Shown here in pieces: positions 1-9,120 of a stretch of 64,000 nt of DNA. The notes under the pieces were generated by a model. It was not told the DNA's origin. It saw only the letters and a list, made by a program, of their open reading frames with translations, and made no database searches. The translations under genes and the position numbers were made by a program. The first letter of the stretch is position 1. Each line of letters starts with the position of its first letter. The stretch covers positions 2,042-66,041 of the forward strand of contig JAZLKE010000030.1 in assembly GCA_045597505.1 (NCBI GenBank), given 5' to 3'. Origin of the DNA: Clostridia bacterium (GTDB taxonomy: Bacteria; Bacillota; Clostridia; Christensenellales; UBA1242).

Positions 1-1976
1 ATGCGGCTTGGGATTATTTAATCCCTGATGGGTTGCCAGTGGTACGTGGTTCTTGTGTGGTTGTGCCTTTTGGCAAACGTGAAATTGACGGCTTTGTAGT
101 TGAAGTTAGCGATAAAACTGAAGTTGCGCCCGAATTATTGAAGCCAATTCACGGTTTTGCGACGGATTTTGTGATTAAAACTGAATTATTGGATATTTTA
201 CCGCAAATATGTGAACGTTTTAAGTTACGACCAATTGATGTTTTGAAATTGTATTTGCCAAACGCGGTACGTACGGGAAAACCCAAGAAGAATGGTAAGA
301 AACGCGTGCCAGCGGGTTTGGAAATGAAAGACAAGCATGTGGTTTTGAATCCTGAACAGCAAAAATGCGTGGATACGGTTTTGAATCAACCGCGTAATGT
401 GTATTTGTTAAAAGGGGTTACAGGTAGTGGCAAAACCGAAGTTTACATGCACATTATCCAAAAAGTCTTAGACGCGGGTAAGACGGCGCTGGTGTTAGTG
501 CCAGAAATTGGGTTAACCCCACAAGTGTTGGCGAATTTTAAGGCGCGCTTTGGTAATGTCGTTGCCATGGTGCATAGTAAATTGGGTGGGGGTGAGAAGT
601 TTGATGAATGGGCACGCGCGGACAACGGGGAAGCGCGAATTGTTATTGGTGCGCGTTCGGCGGTTTTTGCGCCGTTAGAAAATTTAGGTGCCGTTATTAT
701 CGATGAAGAACACGACGGCAGTTATCAAAGCGACAGTAATCCGCGCTATTTAACGCACGATATTGCTATTATGCGGGCGAAATGGCACCATTGTCCAGTA
801 GTGTTGGGGTCGGCGACACCGTCGATTCAAAGTTTCTATTTGGCCGAACAGGGAAAATATAAATTGTTGGAATTGACCAAGCGTGTTAATGATGTGCCTT
901 TACCAAAAATTGAATTAGTGGATATGGGGAACGAAATTCGTTCGGGTAATGGGGGAATTTTTGGAACCGAAGTTTTGACGGAATTGATTGCGACTTTGAA
1001 GTTCGGTCATTCGGTAATGATTTTTTTGAATCGCCGTGGTTATTCACAAACGGTGCGTTGCTTACAGTGTGGTTGGCATGCAAAATGTGACAATTGCGAT
1101 GTTTCGATGGTTTATCACAAAGACGACGAACAGTTGAAATGCCACTATTGTGCGGCGCGTATGCCGTTTCCTGAACGTTGTCCGAATTGTGGTAGTACTT
1201 ACATTAAACATGGTGCAATGGGGACACAAAAGATTTGCGCTGAATTGGAAAAAATGTTGAAGCAGACTGATATGGCGTCGGTGCCAGTTTTACGCATGGA
1301 TGCGGATAATACACAAACCAAAGGCTCTTTGGTGAAAATCTTGGACGAGTTTGCTAAAACTGCACCGTCGGTGTTAGTGGGTACGCAGATGATTGCCAAA
1401 GGTCATCATTTCCCGCAAGTTAGTTTGGTAATCATTGTTAATGCAGACGGTGGTTTCGTGGCGGATTACCGTTCGGCGGAAAGAACTTTTGCGCTGTTAA
1501 CGCAGGTTGCGGGGCGGGCGGGACGTGCGGTCGGAACTACGGGTAAAGTCTATTTGCAAACCTATATGCCGAACCATTATGTGTATAAGTTCATTCAAAA
1601 TTATGATTACTTGGGTTTTTATCAACGCGAAATTGCAGAACGACAGGCAACCAAATATCCGCCGTTTGCAACGATTGTGCGTGTGTTGGCTTCGGGGACG
1701 GTGGATACCAAGATTATCAATGTGTTAAAACAGATTATGCAACCGTTACGCGAATATGATATGGAACGACAGAACTTTATTTATTTGGGGGCGATGAAAT
1801 GTCCATATGGTCGTTTGCAAAATAAATATCGCTATCAAATTTTGGCGCGCATTAAACAAGAATCGTCCGAACATGTCATTAACTATATGCATGAATGTGT
1901 GAAGGCGGTGGAAAAATTGCCAAGTGCGCGTAATGTAAAAATATTTTTTGAAATAAACCCAGCCAGTTTGTCGTAA
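1..1976 (+). CDS. priA: Primosomal protein N' / replication-restart helicase PriA (5' end cut by window edge)
   Basis: Frame 3 is open from nt 3 (AAWDYLIPDGLPVVRGSCVVVPFGKREIDGFVV is a PriA N-terminal pattern), so the TTG at 33 is not the true start. Walker A GVTGSGKTEVY, DEEH box IIDEEHD, Cys-rich zinc cluster CLQCGW..CDNCD..CHYC..CPNCGS. Confidence 0.9.
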   Translation, partial: AAWDYLIPDGLPVVRGSCVVVPFGKREIDGFVVEVSDKTEVAPELLKPIHGFATDFVIKTELLDILPQICERFKLRPIDVLKLYLPNAVRTGKPKKNGKKRVPAGLEMKDKHVVLNPEQQKCVDTVLNQPRNVYLLKGVTGSGKTEVYMHIIQKVLDAGKTALVLVPEIGLTPQVLANFKARFGNVVAMVHSKLGGGEKFDEWARADNGEARIVIGARSAVFAPLENLGAVIIDEEHDGSYQSDSNPRYLTHDIAIMRAKWHHCPVVLGSATPSIQSFYLAEQGKYKLLELTKRVNDVPLPKIELVDMGNEIRSGNGGIFGTEVLTELIATLKFGHSVMIFLNRRGYSQTVRCLQCGWHAKCDNCDVSMVYHKDDEQLKCHYCAARMPFPERCPNCGSTYIKHGAMGTQKICAELEKMLKQTDMASVPVLRMDADNTQTKGSLVKILDEFAKTAPSVLVGTQMIAKGHHFPQVSLVIIVNADGGFVADYRSAERTFALLTQVAGRAGRAVGTTGKVYLQTYMPNHYVYKFIQNYDYLGFYQREIAERQATKYPPFATIVRVLASGTVDTKIINVLKQIMQPLREYDMERQNFIYLGAMKCPYGRLQNKYRYQILARIKQESSEHVINYMHECVKAVEKLPSARNVKIFFEINPASLS

Positions 1977-1985
1977 ACATAGGAT

Positions 1986-3236
1986 ATGTTAGCGGTAGGA
2001 GCGGTCGAACCAAAAAGAAAGGTTCGGGCGCAGTTAAAGAAACGAAAAAAGCATGTGAAACCGCTAAAAAGCGTTAAAGTGGATAAAATTGTTGGGTTTA
2101 TACATAAAATATCCCCTAGATATTGTGATTTAAGATTATTGGTGCCTGTATTGGGATTGGTCTTGTTTGGTGTGTTAATGATTTATTCGGCGTCAAATTA
2201 TAATGCAAAAATCTATTATGATGACAGTTTCTATTATACGGTAAAACAGTTGATTGGTTTGGTTTTGGGGTTGGTTGGTATGCTGGCAATGTATTTTATT
2301 GATTATCATTGGTTGCAAAAATTTGCTTTTGTGATTTTCGGTGTGTCGGTTGGTTTGTTGGTGGCGGTGTTTATCCCTGGAATCAGTATTTCAAAACTAG
2401 GTGCGACACGGTGGATTGGCATTGGTAGTTTTTCTTTGCAACCGAGTGAAATTGCGAAATTTGCACTGGTGATTTTTGCTGCACGAGTGTTTGCTGGTAA
2501 ATTTAATTCGGAAAATAATGTTAACCGATTAGCGGTTCCTAAATCTTGGCAGGTTTTGGCGGTGTTGATGGCGGGTGGTGTCATGTGTTTGTTAATTATT
2601 TTAGAACCAAACATGTCGATTACCATGACCGTAGGAATTATCATGTTCGTTGTTTTATTTTTGTGTGGAACGCGCTTGAAAACTTTGGGCTTGATTTTGT
2701 TGCCCGCAATTGGTGCGGTCGCGGTGATGTTGATTGCGGCGCCGTATCGTTTGAAGCGTTTGTCGGCGTTTATTGATCCGTGGGCAAACCCTAAGGGCGA
2801 AGGCTTTCAATTGATTGAAAGTTTGTATGCGATTGCCAATGGCGGTTTTTGGGGCGTAGGGTATGGGCATAGCGTACAAAAGCATATGTTTTTGCCGTTT
2901 TCGGAAAGTGATTTTATTTTTGCAATTATCGCGGAAGAGTTTGGTTTGGTCGGCTGTGTCGCGTTGTTTGCGGTGTTTGGGTGGGTGATTTATCGAATTT
3001 TCAAAGTTGGGCGTGCGTGTCCGGATTTTTTCGGTCGTTATTTGTGCTATGGTATCGCAACCGTAATTATGGTACAGACCAGTTTGAATTTTGCCGTGGC
3101 GACTGGTTCAATTCCGCCGACGGGTTTGCCTTTGCCGTTTATTTCGTTCGGCGGGACTAGTTTGTTGGTTTTTATGTCGGCTGTTGGTGTGGTGCTGAAT
3201 GTTGCAAAGCAGAATCGGAAAACGGGTTCGTTTTAA
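1986..3236 (+). CDS. ftsW: SEDS-family peptidoglycan polymerase (FtsW/RodA/SpoVE)
   Basis: Multi-TM protein with the conserved C-terminal SEDS motif GSIPPTGLPLPFISFGGTSLL. Lys-rich ~40 aa cytoplasmic N-terminal tail. Confidence 0.85.
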   Translation: MLAVGAVEPKRKVRAQLKKRKKHVKPLKSVKVDKIVGFIHKISPRYCDLRLLVPVLGLVLFGVLMIYSASNYNAKIYYDDSFYYTVKQLIGLVLGLVGMLAMYFIDYHWLQKFAFVIFGVSVGLLVAVFIPGISISKLGATRWIGIGSFSLQPSEIAKFALVIFAARVFAGKFNSENNVNRLAVPKSWQVLAVLMAGGVMCLLIILEPNMSITMTVGIIMFVVLFLCGTRLKTLGLILLPAIGAVAVMLIAAPYRLKRLSAFIDPWANPKGEGFQLIESLYAIANGGFWGVGYGHSVQKHMFLPFSESDFIFAIIAEEFGLVGCVALFAVFGWVIYRIFKVGRACPDFFGRYLCYGIATVIMVQTSLNFAVATGSIPPTGLPLPFISFGGTSLLVFMSAVGVVLNVAKQNRKTGSF

Positions 3237-3355
3237 TAAATGTATAGTTGATTTTATTGATAAGAAAAAGAATTTGGAGTTGGTGTAGCAGGTGTTGTAT
3301 CATGGGAATGAAAATGAATAGGAGAAATTTAAAAATTAAATTGAAAGGAGCTAAC

Positions 3356-4228
3356 ATGCAAACGATAATCTTTGACAAACAAACAAATAAACAAACAGCT
3401 TTAATCTGTGTGATTTTGGCTTGTGTGTTTTTAGCGGTTGTTAGTAGTGTAACTGTACTAATCGTAAGAAGTGTTAAAATGTCTCAAATGAATTATGAAG
3501 AGGACTATCCAATCAAGGATAGTGGCTTTGTGATTCATGCAACGGGAGCGCTAGATGGAAATGCTTATTTGAATTGTGCCGAAGCGTTGGACGCGTGCAT
3601 GGAAAACGAATGTTTCTTGATTGAAATCGATTTTATGTTTACAGCCGACAATGAAGTTGTTTGTACTCATGAATTTGAAAATATTGATGGTTTTTCATTG
3701 AGTAATCGTCCGACGTTGGCTGAGTTTAAGTCTACCAGAGTGGTGGCGGGTGATAAAACTTATACGCCGTTGACTTTTGAATACTTGTTGGAAGTTATGG
3801 CAAAGTATAAACAATTGAAAGTTGTGTTCGATTCAAAAGAAGGGAATTTTCAAGGTTGGGATACGTCGGCTTTGATTGAAAAAATGATCGACCAAGCAGG
3901 AAAGGCGGGGATAAACTTGCGCAAAAGAATGATTGTTCAAGTTTATTCAATTGAAAATTACGAGGATTTGCAGAAATTTGAGTTCAATGATTATTGGTAT
4001 ACTAACTATAAGAAAAATTATAGTGCGGAAAAAATTAAAGAATGTTTTGAAGATAAAGCAAATTTGACCGTTTATGTAATGTGGGCAAGTCTTTGGGATG
4101 AGTTTTATAAAGCTGGTTTTACAACGCAAAAGAAAATTGCTGTACATACTGTGAATAATAAAGATTATATGAATCGATTGTTTGAATCGGGTGTGAGTTA
4201 TATTTATACTGATATTATTGGTGAATAG
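3356..4228 (+). CDS. Membrane-anchored glycerophosphodiester phosphodiesterase (GDPD)-like protein
   Basis: SD AAAGGAG before ATG 3356 (the ORF-track start 3248 is upstream of it). One N-terminal TM (LICVILACVFLAVVSSVTVLIV). IHATG..AEAL..IEIDF..DNEVVCTHE resembles the GDPD HRG / E-x-D / HD pattern. Confidence 0.6.
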   Translation: MQTIIFDKQTNKQTALICVILACVFLAVVSSVTVLIVRSVKMSQMNYEEDYPIKDSGFVIHATGALDGNAYLNCAEALDACMENECFLIEIDFMFTADNEVVCTHEFENIDGFSLSNRPTLAEFKSTRVVAGDKTYTPLTFEYLLEVMAKYKQLKVVFDSKEGNFQGWDTSALIEKMIDQAGKAGINLRKRMIVQVYSIENYEDLQKFEFNDYWYTNYKKNYSAEKIKECFEDKANLTVYVMWASLWDEFYKAGFTTQKKIAVHTVNNKDYMNRLFESGVSYIYTDIIGE

Positions 4229-4237
4229 CTGATAACT

Positions 4238-4268
4238 AAAAAATGGCGACCAATTGGTCGCCATTTTG
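4238..4268. terminator. Bidirectional rho-independent terminator between convergent genes
   Basis: Perfect hairpin ATGGCGACC-aatt-GGTCGCCAT (4243..4264), flanked by an A-run upstream and a T-run downstream. Confidence 0.8.
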
Positions 4269-4284
4269 CTTGTTGTATAGTTGA

Positions 4285-4926
4285 TTATTTACCCATGGTT
4301 AAGTCGGCTTTGGTGTTTGCAATGTTTAATTTGGAAAGTTTGACTGGGGTAGCGTGACCCTTGTTGGCAACGGCTTTCAAATATGCGTTTTTAATGTCTT
4401 CGTTGCTAATCATGCCGCAACTTTGGATATCGTTTTGTTCGCAAACAGCTTTGATGTCGTTAGAAAGTTTGAAAGACATGTTTTCGAAAGAAACGCGGTT
4501 GAAAATTTGTTTTTGGTCATTGGTTTTGGTTTTAGCAAAAAAGTCGTTAGAATCGCTGATCAATGCTTTATTCGCGGGTGTGATTTTGTAGGAATTGTGG
4601 GTTTCTTCAAAATTGTAATGACTGTCGGTAATGTGGAGAAGTGCGTTTTGTTGTCTGTCGGAATAGAAATGAATGTTGGGCATGTCGGACGAATTAAGAT
4701 AAATATTGCGAACATTGCTGAATTTTTCATCGTTCAAATCGCCGAAAAAGTGGTCTTTGGCGTCAATGAACGAAAGATCCAAAACATTGCTGCAAATTTT
4801 GTCTTCGACCGTGATATGGTTGCAATTTGGTTCGGTCGAGTTAGTTTGAGCGTATTTGGGGTCAAATGCTGGATGTACGCGGTAAATGACGTTTTTGAAT
4901 TTTACAAATGTGTCTTTGTTTTTCAT
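4285..4926 (-). CDS. Hypothetical protein (213 aa, Asn/Asp/Lys-rich, no recognisable domain)
   Basis: Long ORF with AAGGGAG upstream and a terminator downstream. The fully overlapping + strand ORF 4354..4935 is a Val/Phe/Gly-rich mirror artefact. Confidence 0.55.
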   Translation of the reverse strand: MKNKDTFVKFKNVIYRVHPAFDPKYAQTNSTEPNCNHITVEDKICSNVLDLSFIDAKDHFFGDLNDEKFSNVRNIYLNSSDMPNIHFYSDRQQNALLHITDSHYNFEETHNSYKITPANKALISDSNDFFAKTKTNDQKQIFNRVSFENMSFKLSNDIKAVCEQNDIQSCGMISNEDIKNAYLKAVANKGHATPVKLSKLNIANTKADLTMGK

Positions 4927-5042
4927 TTTTTATGATTTCTCCCTTTATTTATGTGGAGTATAGCATGTGTAAATTGTCAAAGTCAATATGGGTGAAAAAC
5001 AATTTTTCATTATTTTATAAAGGTGGTAAAATTGAAACAATT

Positions 5043-5606
5043 ATGTCGTCACAAATTACACATTTGGCCGTGGCTAAACGGTATTTGGAAAAACACCCGT
5101 ACGCGATAAAAAACGTGCAGGCTTTTTTAGACGGAAATGTGGCTCCGGATTTAGCCCCGAATAAAGCGGTGTCGCACTGCGGAAAACGTACCGAAAGGGG
5201 TAGTATGATTAAGTATAACTTGGAAAAAGTTAGCCCATTGAATTTTTTGGAGATACATGATATGACCGATGATTTTAACAAGGGACAATATTTGCATTTA
5301 TACGTGGATTATGAGTGTTATAACCATTTCTTGTTTGGGTATTATCAACGGGCGACAAGTAGTGAACAGGCGAGCGTTGATATGTACGAGGTTTCGCGTC
5401 GTGATGATAAATATTTACGCCAAAAATATGGTGTAGATTATTTTGATACGAGTTTAGGAAAGGAGTTGCAAAAAATCAACGACGAATGGGACGCGGAATA
5501 CGTGATTAAACGTCAGCGTCCTACGTATCGCTTTGAATTACCATATGATTTTCAGAGTTTAGAACAATTTATTGAACAGATGTCAGATGTGGAAATACCG
5601 CAATGA
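5043..5606 (+). CDS. Zinc-dependent phospholipase C-like metal hydrolase (small cytoplasmic form)
   Basis: The internal ATG 5043 is preceded by AAAGGTGG. N-terminal ITHLAVAKRYL...FLDGNVAPD and later GQYLHLYVDYECYNH resemble the His/Asp metal ligand pattern of the PLC-like family. From memory only. Confidence 0.45.
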   Translation: MSSQITHLAVAKRYLEKHPYAIKNVQAFLDGNVAPDLAPNKAVSHCGKRTERGSMIKYNLEKVSPLNFLEIHDMTDDFNKGQYLHLYVDYECYNHFLFGYYQRATSSEQASVDMYEVSRRDDKYLRQKYGVDYFDTSLGKELQKINDEWDAEYVIKRQRPTYRFELPYDFQSLEQFIEQMSDVEIPQ

Positions 5607-6050
5607 TTATTTTTCCATTTTATCAATAAATAGAATGCCGTCCATGTGATCCATTTCGTGACCACAACAAACGGCGTCCATGCCGTGAAATGTCTGTGTG
5701 TGTTTTTTGCCGTTGCGGTCTTGGAATTCCAATGTTACTAAGTGTGGACGGCGGACGCGTCCGCTGATACCTGGGCAGGAAAGACAACCTTCGGTGTCGT
5801 AACGTGGATTTTTGGCAACCTTGACTGTGGGGTTGATGATTTCGACCAGTCCATATTCATCAGTTAAAATAATTGCCATGCGGTACAGAATACCGACTTG
5901 GACCGCAGCCAAACCCATGCCGTTGGCGTGGAGTAGGGTTTCGTGCATGTTGTCCAGTATTTCGTGTAAACGTGGTGAAAAATCATCAACAGGTTTGCTG
6001 ATTTTACGAATTAAGGGGTTATCTTGTTTGATAATTGTTAAACGAGCCAT
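5607..6050 (-). CDS. def: Peptide deformylase
   Basis: All three Def motifs are present: GMGLAAVQVG, EGCLSCPG, HEMDHMDG. The start was moved to ATG 6050 (MARLTIIKQD), which lies 7 nt after a TATAAT box. Confidence 0.95.
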   Translation of the reverse strand: MARLTIIKQDNPLIRKISKPVDDFSPRLHEILDNMHETLLHANGMGLAAVQVGILYRMAIILTDEYGLVEIINPTVKVAKNPRYDTEGCLSCPGISGRVRRPHLVTLEFQDRNGKKHTQTFHGMDAVCCGHEMDHMDGILFIDKMEK

Positions 6051-6086
6051 ATTTATTATTATAACGTGGTGTGTAAAATTTGTCCA
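6051..6086 (-). promoter_or_regulatory. Predicted sigma-70 promoter of def (leaderless)
   Basis: On the minus strand: TGGACA (6086..6081), 17 nt spacer, TATAAT (6063..6058), 7 nt, ATG (6050). No SD. Confidence 0.6.
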
Positions 6087-6240
6087 GTAGTAAGTTGAAT
6101 ACAATATAATGTAGTACTTATTGTCATAACAAATACTAGATATAGATTTGAGTTAAAATTACGGCGTAAAACAATTTTGATTATAATTGCGGTGAAAGTG
6201 TGGATTTTGGTTGGATAATTGCTTGTTTTTGTGGTAAAGT

Positions 6241-7161
6241 GTGTATGTGAAAATTGTTTTTATGGGTTCTCCGCGTTTTGCCGCCGATGTTTTGGCGGGG
6301 ATTATTGACAAACACCAGGTTGTTTGTGTTGTTACGCAGCCAGATACTGTGGCGGGACGTGGACATCAGGTGAGTATGAGCGCGGTTAAACAGTTTGCTG
6401 TGGCGCATGATATACCAGTATTACAACCAACAAAAATCAGTTTGGAGGCTGAAAAACTGCGCGCGTATCAACCAGACATTATTGTAACTTGCGCTTTTGG
6501 ACAAATTTTAAGGCAAAGTGTGTTAGATGCAGCGCCGCATGGTGTAATTAATGTGCATGGAAGTTTATTGCCCAAATACCGTGGTGCAGCACCTGTGCAG
6601 TGGTCGGTGATTAACGGCGATAAGACAACCGGGGTCACGATTTTACAGACTGAATTGGGGTTAGATTGTGGTCCGATGATTTGCAAGGAAGAGATGCCGA
6701 TTGAACCGACGATTACGGGTGGTGAACTGTTGAATGCGATGGTGCCATATGCGGTTAAAGCGTTGTTGAACGCGCTTGAACAAATCCAAAATGGCACGGC
6801 AAAATTTGAACCACAAAATCACGAAAAAGCGACGATGGCACCGATGTTGAATAAAGAAATGGCACGCATTGATTGGCGAAAATCGGCGTGCGATTTGGTT
6901 AATTTGGTGCGTGGAGTTAACCCGTGGCCTGTGGCTTGGTTTATGTTGAATAATCAACCAGTTAAAGTTTATTGCGCAACCGCGGTTGACGTACAAGCCC
7001 AGCCTGGTGTTGTGATTGAATGTAGCCCGAAAAAGGGGTTCATTGTCGGTTGTGGCGAGGGGGCTTTGCAGATTGAAAGTTTGCAAGTGCCTGGTAAAAA
7101 AGTTATGGCGGGTAAGGATTTTTGTAATGGTCGTGACTTGCATGGAGTGGTACTGAAATGA
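6241..7161 (+). CDS. fmt: Methionyl-tRNA formyltransferase
   Basis: KIVFMGSPRFA N-terminus, HGSLLPKYRGAAPVQW motif, C-terminal Fmt domain. The true start may be the GTG at 6247. Confidence 0.9.
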   Translation: MYVKIVFMGSPRFAADVLAGIIDKHQVVCVVTQPDTVAGRGHQVSMSAVKQFAVAHDIPVLQPTKISLEAEKLRAYQPDIIVTCAFGQILRQSVLDAAPHGVINVHGSLLPKYRGAAPVQWSVINGDKTTGVTILQTELGLDCGPMICKEEMPIEPTITGGELLNAMVPYAVKALLNALEQIQNGTAKFEPQNHEKATMAPMLNKEMARIDWRKSACDLVNLVRGVNPWPVAWFMLNNQPVKVYCATAVDVQAQPGVVIECSPKKGFIVGCGEGALQIESLQVPGKKVMAGKDFCNGRDLHGVVLK

Positions 7162-8264
7162 CGAAGCAATATCTTTACGATTTGTCGTTTGATGAATTGA
7201 AAGACGCGTTAAAGCCGTTAAATGCGCCTAAATTTCGCGCGGAACAGATATTTAAGGCTTTGCACCAAGGTGTTGCGGTTGCGGAGATTACCAATATCCC
7301 AAAAGATTTGCGCGCTTGGTTGGTGGAAAATTTTAATTGTAATTTGCCAGAAATTGTGACAGTACAAACTTCGCGTGATGGCACGAAAAAATATTTATTG
7401 GCCTATGAACACCCCGAAATAACTGAAAATGGGGTAAAAATGGGAGAAAATGCGCCCAAGGACCTAATTGAATGTGTACTTTTGAACCAAAATTACGGCA
7501 ACACGTTGTGTGTGTCGACCCAAGTTGGTTGTCGTATGGGTTGTCGATTTTGCGCCAGTGGAAAAAATGGTTTAGTGCGTAATTTGACCGCGGGGGAAAT
7601 CTTAGCCGAAGTAATTTTGATTAATAAATTGAATACAACGCCAACGGCACGTGGAGTGACTAACATTGTTTTAATGGGGTCGGGTGAGCCGTTAGATAAT
7701 TACGATAACGTGATGAAATTTTTGCGTTTGGTTACGGCGCCAGACGGAATTAACATTAGTGCGCGCAATATCAGTTTGTCAACTTCGGGGCTGGTGCCAC
7801 GGATTCGACAGTTTGCGGACGAAAATACGCAAGTCAATTTGTGTATTTCTTTACATGCGCCGAATGATGAATTACGTCAACAAATTATGCCAGTAGCGAA
7901 AAAATATACTATTCGTGAATTGGTTGATGCAGCGAAATATTACTTTGAAAAGACGCATCGCCGTGTGATTTTTGAATACTCGTTGATGCTGAAAGACGGT
8001 GTGCTGTTCAATTGTGCGGTCGGTCAAGCCAAAGAACTTGCTAATTTAGTGCGCGGTTTCCCGTCGCATGTGAATTTGATTAACCTTAACCCGTTGCATT
8101 TTGATAGTCATGCGGTTTTGACACCGCCCAGTCGCGAAGTGGCGATGGCGTTTATGGACGCGGTAATCAAAAGTGGGGCTTCGTGTACCATGCGCAAAAA
8201 CAAGGGCGATGATATTGATGGCGCTTGCGGACAGTTAAGATTGCGCCATATGGAACAGAAATAA
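7158..8264 (+). CDS. rlmN: 23S rRNA/tRNA adenine-C2 methyltransferase RlmN (radical SAM)
   Basis: FRAEQIFKALHQG N-terminus, radical-SAM CRMGCRFCASG, C-terminal GDDIDGACGQL. Start overlaps the fmt stop (ATGA). Confidence 0.9.
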   Translation: MTKQYLYDLSFDELKDALKPLNAPKFRAEQIFKALHQGVAVAEITNIPKDLRAWLVENFNCNLPEIVTVQTSRDGTKKYLLAYEHPEITENGVKMGENAPKDLIECVLLNQNYGNTLCVSTQVGCRMGCRFCASGKNGLVRNLTAGEILAEVILINKLNTTPTARGVTNIVLMGSGEPLDNYDNVMKFLRLVTAPDGINISARNISLSTSGLVPRIRQFADENTQVNLCISLHAPNDELRQQIMPVAKKYTIRELVDAAKYYFEKTHRRVIFEYSLMLKDGVLFNCAVGQAKELANLVRGFPSHVNLINLNPLHFDSHAVLTPPSREVAMAFMDAVIKSGASCTMRKNKGDDIDGACGQLRLRHMEQK

Positions 8265-8270
8265 TTTTTT

Positions 8271-9059
8271 TTAGACTGTGATTGCTAAATCGAGTACCAT
8301 CATGGCGGCGAACCCGAGCAGAAAACCGAGGGTGGCGAGGTTGCGGTTGGCAGGGGCAATGTCGGGGATAAGTTCGCTGATGACTACGGTAAGCATGGCT
8401 CCTGCGGCGAATGCCAAAGCTATGGGTAGAATATTGCGGGCAGTGATTGTGATGAAATAACCAAAAATGGCGGCGAAAAATTCCATAATTCCGCTGGATT
8501 GACTGATTAAAAAGGCTTTGGTGCGGGACATGCCGTCGCGGTAAAGCGGAACCGAAATTGTAATACCATCGGGAAAATTTTGGATACCGATACTAAGTGC
8601 GATAATTAAAGCACTGGATAGAGAATAACCGTCGATACCTATAGCAAGTGCGCTGAAACTGACGCCAAGTGCCAAACCTTCGGGAATGTTGTGTAATGGC
8701 ATGGTGCCGATGAGTAAAATGGCGCGTTTTTTATTGTTGGCTTGGGGAAGTTTTTTATCCAAAATCAGACTGCTTAGAGCGATAAATAAACCGCCGGCAA
8801 GAAAACCAATGGTCGGTAATAGCCATGAATTGTGCCAAAGTTCGCCTGCTAAGGTGGTGGCGGGGAGAATAAGTGACCAAACCGAAGCTGCGGTCATTAG
8901 TCCTGCACTGAGACTGAGCATAATATCGAGTGGACGTTGATTGATTGATTTGAAACAGAAAACTACCGCGGCACCCAAGGCAGTCAAAAGATAGGTAAAC
9001 AATGAAGCCAATAGTAGTAATGCAAAAGGGGAAAGTCCAGAAAACTCCATGTATATCAT
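8271..9059 (-). CDS. ZIP-family divalent metal (zinc) transporter
   Basis: Multi-TM protein with the ZIP signatures LHNIPEGLALG and IQNFPDG. Confidence 0.85.
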   Translation of the reverse strand: MIYMEFSGLSPFALLLLASLFTYLLTALGAAVVFCFKSINQRPLDIMLSLSAGLMTAASVWSLILPATTLAGELWHNSWLLPTIGFLAGGLFIALSSLILDKKLPQANNKKRAILLIGTMPLHNIPEGLALGVSFSALAIGIDGYSLSSALIIALSIGIQNFPDGITISVPLYRDGMSRTKAFLISQSSGIMEFFAAIFGYFITITARNILPIALAFAAGAMLTVVISELIPDIAPANRNLATLGFLLGFAAMMVLDLAITV

Positions 9060-9120
9060 TTATGAAGGAAATTCGCTTTATGTTTATGGTAATTTATGGT
9101 ATAAAAATAATGGAGGAAAA

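Noticed and set aside
4354-4935. 193-aa + strand ORF completely overlapping the 213-aa - strand ORF
   Set aside because: Its Val/Phe/Gly-rich, motif-less sequence is the typical mirror image of an Asn/Asp/Lys-rich gene. It has no SD. The terminator at 4243..4264 and the SD at ~4935 fit the minus-strand gene.
6468-7169. Long minus-strand ORFs (109, 160 and 66 aa) inside fmt; likewise 62321..62689 inside hslV and 30099..30365 across rpmJ
   Set aside because: They are antisense to genes with unambiguous conserved motifs. They have no SD or promoter, and their composition is Arg/His/Phe-rich as expected for reverse-frame artefacts.
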